From: a virus
Lineage: Duplodnaviria > Heunggongvirae > Uroviricota > Caudoviricetes
DNA length: 10,273 nt
IMG/VR virus record: IMGVR_UViG_2617270966_000009
Strand: one strand, 5' to 3'
Program-made: the position numbers and the translations under genes
The notes under the pieces: model-generated
The model's database searches: none
What the model saw: only the letters and a program-made list of their open reading frames with translations
What the model was told of the DNA's origin: nothing
Part shown: positions 8,165 through 10,273 of the stretch, in pieces
How positions within the stretch are numbered: the first letter of the stretch is position 1
Layout: each line of letters opens with the position of its first letter

Positions 8165-8415
8165 CTTATCCCTACTGCCCTACTAAAAACGAGACGAGGC
8201 CAGACGTAGCAAGGCTTTAAACTAGGTAGGGATATATATTTTTATCCCTACTTATCCCTACATATCCCTACCAAATAAAACAGGCAGTAAAATGCCGTTG
8301 AAGTGATTTAGTAGGGATAAGTAGGGTTATGTAGGGCAACAAAATTGAATGCCTACCAGTCTGAAAGCCTTGCCATTCGTGGCATGAGCCAGTTAGTAGG
8401 GATTGGTAGGGATAT
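8165..8415. repeat. Iteron cluster, putative origin of replication of the element
   Basis: At least 11 copies of a GTAGGG(A/T)T-type motif, mostly in phased arrays with exact 10-bp spacing. Minus-orientation copies (CCCTAC) at 8170-8175, 8178-8183 and three tandem TATCCCTAC at 8244-8272. Plus-orientation copies at 8226-8232, three at 8311-8336 and two at 8396-8411. Located directly downstream of the primase-helicase gene, the canonical ori position in PICIs. Confidence 0.7.
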
Positions 8416-8485
8416 TACACCCCCAAAAAGATTCTATGGGGGGGTGAGCTTAAAACGAAACTTGTCAAAACTTGACACACAGAAC

Positions 8486-8520
8486 GATGCCAGCAGCTAC
8501 TGAGCGGCGGCATTTTTTTG
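8486..8520 (+). terminator. Possible weak terminator downstream of the primase operon
   Basis: Short imperfect stem (ATGCC ... GGCAT) followed by a run of seven T at 8514-8520. The stem is weak, so this is tentative. Confidence 0.25.
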
Positions 8521-8582
8521 TGCTATTTGTTTCATATTTTGCAATTACGGTGATAAATATTGCTATTTGTGAAACTATAATA
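8518..8582 (+). promoter_or_regulatory. Putative promoter with flanking direct repeats upstream of the small-protein / metallopeptidase operon
   Basis: Perfect -10 hexamer TATAAT at 8576-8581. Exact 10-mer direct repeat TGCTATTTGT at 8521-8530 and 8561-8570 (40 bp apart), a candidate operator. The -35 is not obvious. A consensus TTGACA also occurs at 8471-8476. Confidence 0.35.
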
Positions 8583-8613
8583 ACTGTTGTTTTATACAGT
8601 TCTAAGGGGCGTT

Positions 8614-8787
8614 ATGGCTATTTCAGTAAAGCCGGTATTGATAAGTGAGAAGCAAATGGAAGCGATAAAGAAAATTCAGGAGGAGCAGCGTAAAAAATCA
8701 GAGGTAGGAGTTGCGCCAACGATCCACGAAATTGCTCGGGGATTAATGGATAAGGCGCTGGCCTCACTGGCAAGCGAGGGCGCGTAA
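8614..8787 (+). CDS. Small protein (57 aa), possible ribbon-helix-helix-type DNA-binding protein / antitoxin-like
   Basis: ATG at 8614 with AAGGGG RBS; the track's longer ORF begins at a TTG at 8587. Predicted short N-terminal strand (SVKPVLISEKQ) followed by helical segments. Stop TAA overlaps the ATG of the next gene (TAATG at 8785-8789). The fold assignment is an inference, not a motif match. Confidence 0.5.
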   Translation: MAISVKPVLISEKQMEAIKKIQEEQRKKSEVGVAPTIHEIARGLMDKALASLASEGA

Positions 8788-9458
8788 TGGGCGCCATTCA
8801 CCAGATATATGAGCATGAAATGTTCTATAACTGGATAGGTGATGGTAAACGATGTGTAGCATTCCACGAAGCGGGACATGCAGTAGCTGCATGGCTTATT
8901 CGCTTAGATATACAGGTTATCGCCGTTATGGATGAATACGGTTACGTTGCTGGCGAACATGTACATGAGGCCAAGTGTTTGGGCGTTGTTAAACACAGCA
9001 TAATTCACAGCCACGATCTCGGGCGTTTGCGGGATAGTAAATCTGGTGTAGTTGGGCAGAATGGTAAAGTTATCCCTTTCATACGTTACTATGCGGATGG
9101 TATAAAGCGCGATGCAAAAAAGGCCGCTTTTGTATCCCTCGCCGGACCAGTAAGCGAAGCCCTTTACGAAAACAACGATATTTTCAACAAAAAGTATTCG
9201 CTACCTCATCGCTATGACATGGCTAACGTAAATGACATGCTCGATTTAATCTGCGCTACAGATAAGCAAATTAACAGGGAGTTAATGCTTTCTAAACTCG
9301 TTGAAAAGACCAAAGCCCTCATGGCTCAATACTGGTATGAAGTAGAAAAAATAGCGCATTTGCTTGAACGGGATAGCATTGTGAATGGTCGAAATGTTAG
9401 CTCGTTAATTGGCATCAACGTCATAGACCGGGCAACGCCATTTTTGCTGGTGGAATAA
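8787..9458 (+). CDS. Standalone zinc metallopeptidase-like protein with HEAGH motif (FtsH/M41-like or ImmA-like active site)
   Basis: 223-aa ORF, translationally coupled to the upstream small gene. Contains VAFHEAGHAVAAWL (HEAGH encoded at 8865-8879), which closely resembles the FtsH peptidase M41 zinc-binding site; acidic residues downstream could supply the third ligand. No AAA+ ATPase domain is present. GC content is visibly lower than the replication genes. Confidence 0.7.
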   Translation: MGAIHQIYEHEMFYNWIGDGKRCVAFHEAGHAVAAWLIRLDIQVIAVMDEYGYVAGEHVHEAKCLGVVKHSIIHSHDLGRLRDSKSGVVGQNGKVIPFIRYYADGIKRDAKKAAFVSLAGPVSEALYENNDIFNKKYSLPHRYDMANVNDMLDLICATDKQINRELMLSKLVEKTKALMAQYWYEVEKIAHLLERDSIVNGRNVSSLIGINVIDRATPFLLVE

Positions 9459-9671
9459 CTCCCGACCAAACTCATTCGATGATTCATTTCTCCACGGGTA
9501 AGCTATGCCGGTAGACCTAACTCCGCAGTATTACCGGAATCAGCCAGGCTACAGGCACACAGGAGGCCACGCAACACAATCCGCGCCTGGATGGGAGTTA
9601 TATAATACCCCTGATGATTTTGACCAACGCCCACCATTCGACGATGAAACGCCATTCTGGGGGAGATAAAC

Positions 9672-9953
9672 ATGGTAAACGACAGTAAAGCCGAGGATCT
9701 GGAAGCAAAAGGGCTGTACCGACGCGCCGCAGCGCGATGGATGGAAGTCATGCTGTTATGCACCGAGGACGATGATCGGGAATGGATAAAGCGCCGCCGT
9801 GAAACGTGTCTTGAGAACGTGAAGCGCCCGCCCGTGAAGGCTGAGGACTTTGGCGACCTGCATAAAGCTGTTACCGAAACGCAACACCGCATGGGGATAG
9901 CGCAACCGAACGGTAACGCCTTCCGGTTAAATGGCGGCAATAGGCAAAGGTAG
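9672..9953 (+). CDS. PerC/Pch-like small transcriptional regulator (tentative)
   Basis: 93-aa ORF with GGGGGAG RBS. AEDLEAKGLYRRAAARWMEVM...REWIKRRRETC resembles the conserved core I recall from PerC-family (Pch) regulators encoded on prophage-like elements. Followed by a strong terminator. Confidence 0.55.
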   Translation: MVNDSKAEDLEAKGLYRRAAARWMEVMLLCTEDDDREWIKRRRETCLENVKRPPVKAEDFGDLHKAVTETQHRMGIAQPNGNAFRLNGGNRQR

Positions 9954-9965
9954 ACCACCAGTGGG

Positions 9966-10027
9966 GAGGGGCGGGGCAAATCCCTGCGGCCTGACGTCTT
10001 CCGGACTGCCCGCCCCATCGTTTTTTC
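9966..10027 (+). terminator. Rho-independent terminator
   Basis: GC-rich inverted repeat GGGGCGGGGCA (9968-9978) / TGCCCGCCCC (10007-10016), with inner pairing also possible, followed by TTTTTT at 10021-10026. Sits 13 nt after the PerC-like stop. Confidence 0.75.
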
Positions 10028-10087
10028 ATACCCGCGAAAAATGAAATTTAATCCGGGCGTGTTTCATCCTTCCAGAGGGTATGACGT

Positions 10088-10273
10088 ATGACACCACGCG
10101 AAATAGCCTTATTGACCATCGCCAAACTTGAGCACGGAGGCCACCAGCTTACACAGGCAGATCAACGGGAGATAGAACGCTCAGTTAATGCCGATATAGC
10201 CCGGCGCGACAGGTTCCGCGAAATGATGCGAGCACCTGCCTACCAGTGGAAGAAGCCAGCGCCGCGCAGGTAG
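10088..10273 (+). CDS. Small hypothetical protein (61 aa)
   Basis: ATG at 10088 with AGAGGG upstream; ORF closes with TAG at the very end of the window. Charged, helical-looking sequence with no recognisable motif. Confidence 0.4.
   Translation: MTPREIALLTIAKLEHGGHQLTQADQREIERSVNADIARRDRFREMMRAPAYQWKKPAPRR

Noticed and set aside
8165-8415. Short repeats as a CRISPR array
   Set aside because: The repeat unit is only about 8-9 bp, occurs at 10-bp periodicity in both orientations, and has no spacers of regular length. This is iteron architecture, not CRISPR.
8676-8879. Minus-strand 67-aa ORF overlapping the small-gene / metallopeptidase junction
   Set aside because: Antisense to two coupled + strand genes, one carrying the HEAGH motif in frame; no RBS.
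9503-10018. 171-aa minus-strand ORF, Arg/Ser-rich
   Set aside because: It lies antisense to the PerC-like gene and spans the terminator hairpin. Its Arg/Ser/Cys-rich low-complexity composition is typical of a shadow ORF on the opposite strand of GC-rich coding DNA, and it has no RBS-supported start.
1-10273. tRNA or tmRNA integration target and att repeats within the window
   Set aside because: No cloverleaf-like sequence or long direct repeat was seen. The window starts at the integrase ATG, so the att site would lie upstream and cannot be assessed here.

Overview
The window reads as the integrase-proximal arm and replication core of an integrated phage satellite or phage-inducible chromosomal island (PICI-like / P4-like), with every supported gene on the + strand. 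Order: P4-type tyrosine integrase (1-1254); an AT-rich orphan gene with an N-terminal HTH-like segment (1273-2223); an AlpA-family regulator (2330-2533); a translationally coupled hypothetical (2533-2967); an antirepressor-like protein (2980-3813); a chain of small coupled genes ending in a large primase / SF3-helicase (5707-8148); an iteron-rich putative origin (about 8165-8415); a lower-GC two-gene module of a small possible DNA-binding protein plus a standalone HEAGH zinc metallopeptidase-like protein (8614-9458); a PerC-like small regulator (9672-9953) with a strong terminator; and a final small ORF. No tRNA, rRNA, CRISPR array or transposase is visible; the attachment site probably lies upstream of position 1. 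The two strongest candidates for something undescribed are the AT-rich gene between int and alpA and the coupled small-protein / metallopeptidase pair after the origin. All assignments rest on reading the sequence and translations by eye and from memory of protein families; no database search was run and the GC figures are rough hand estimates.
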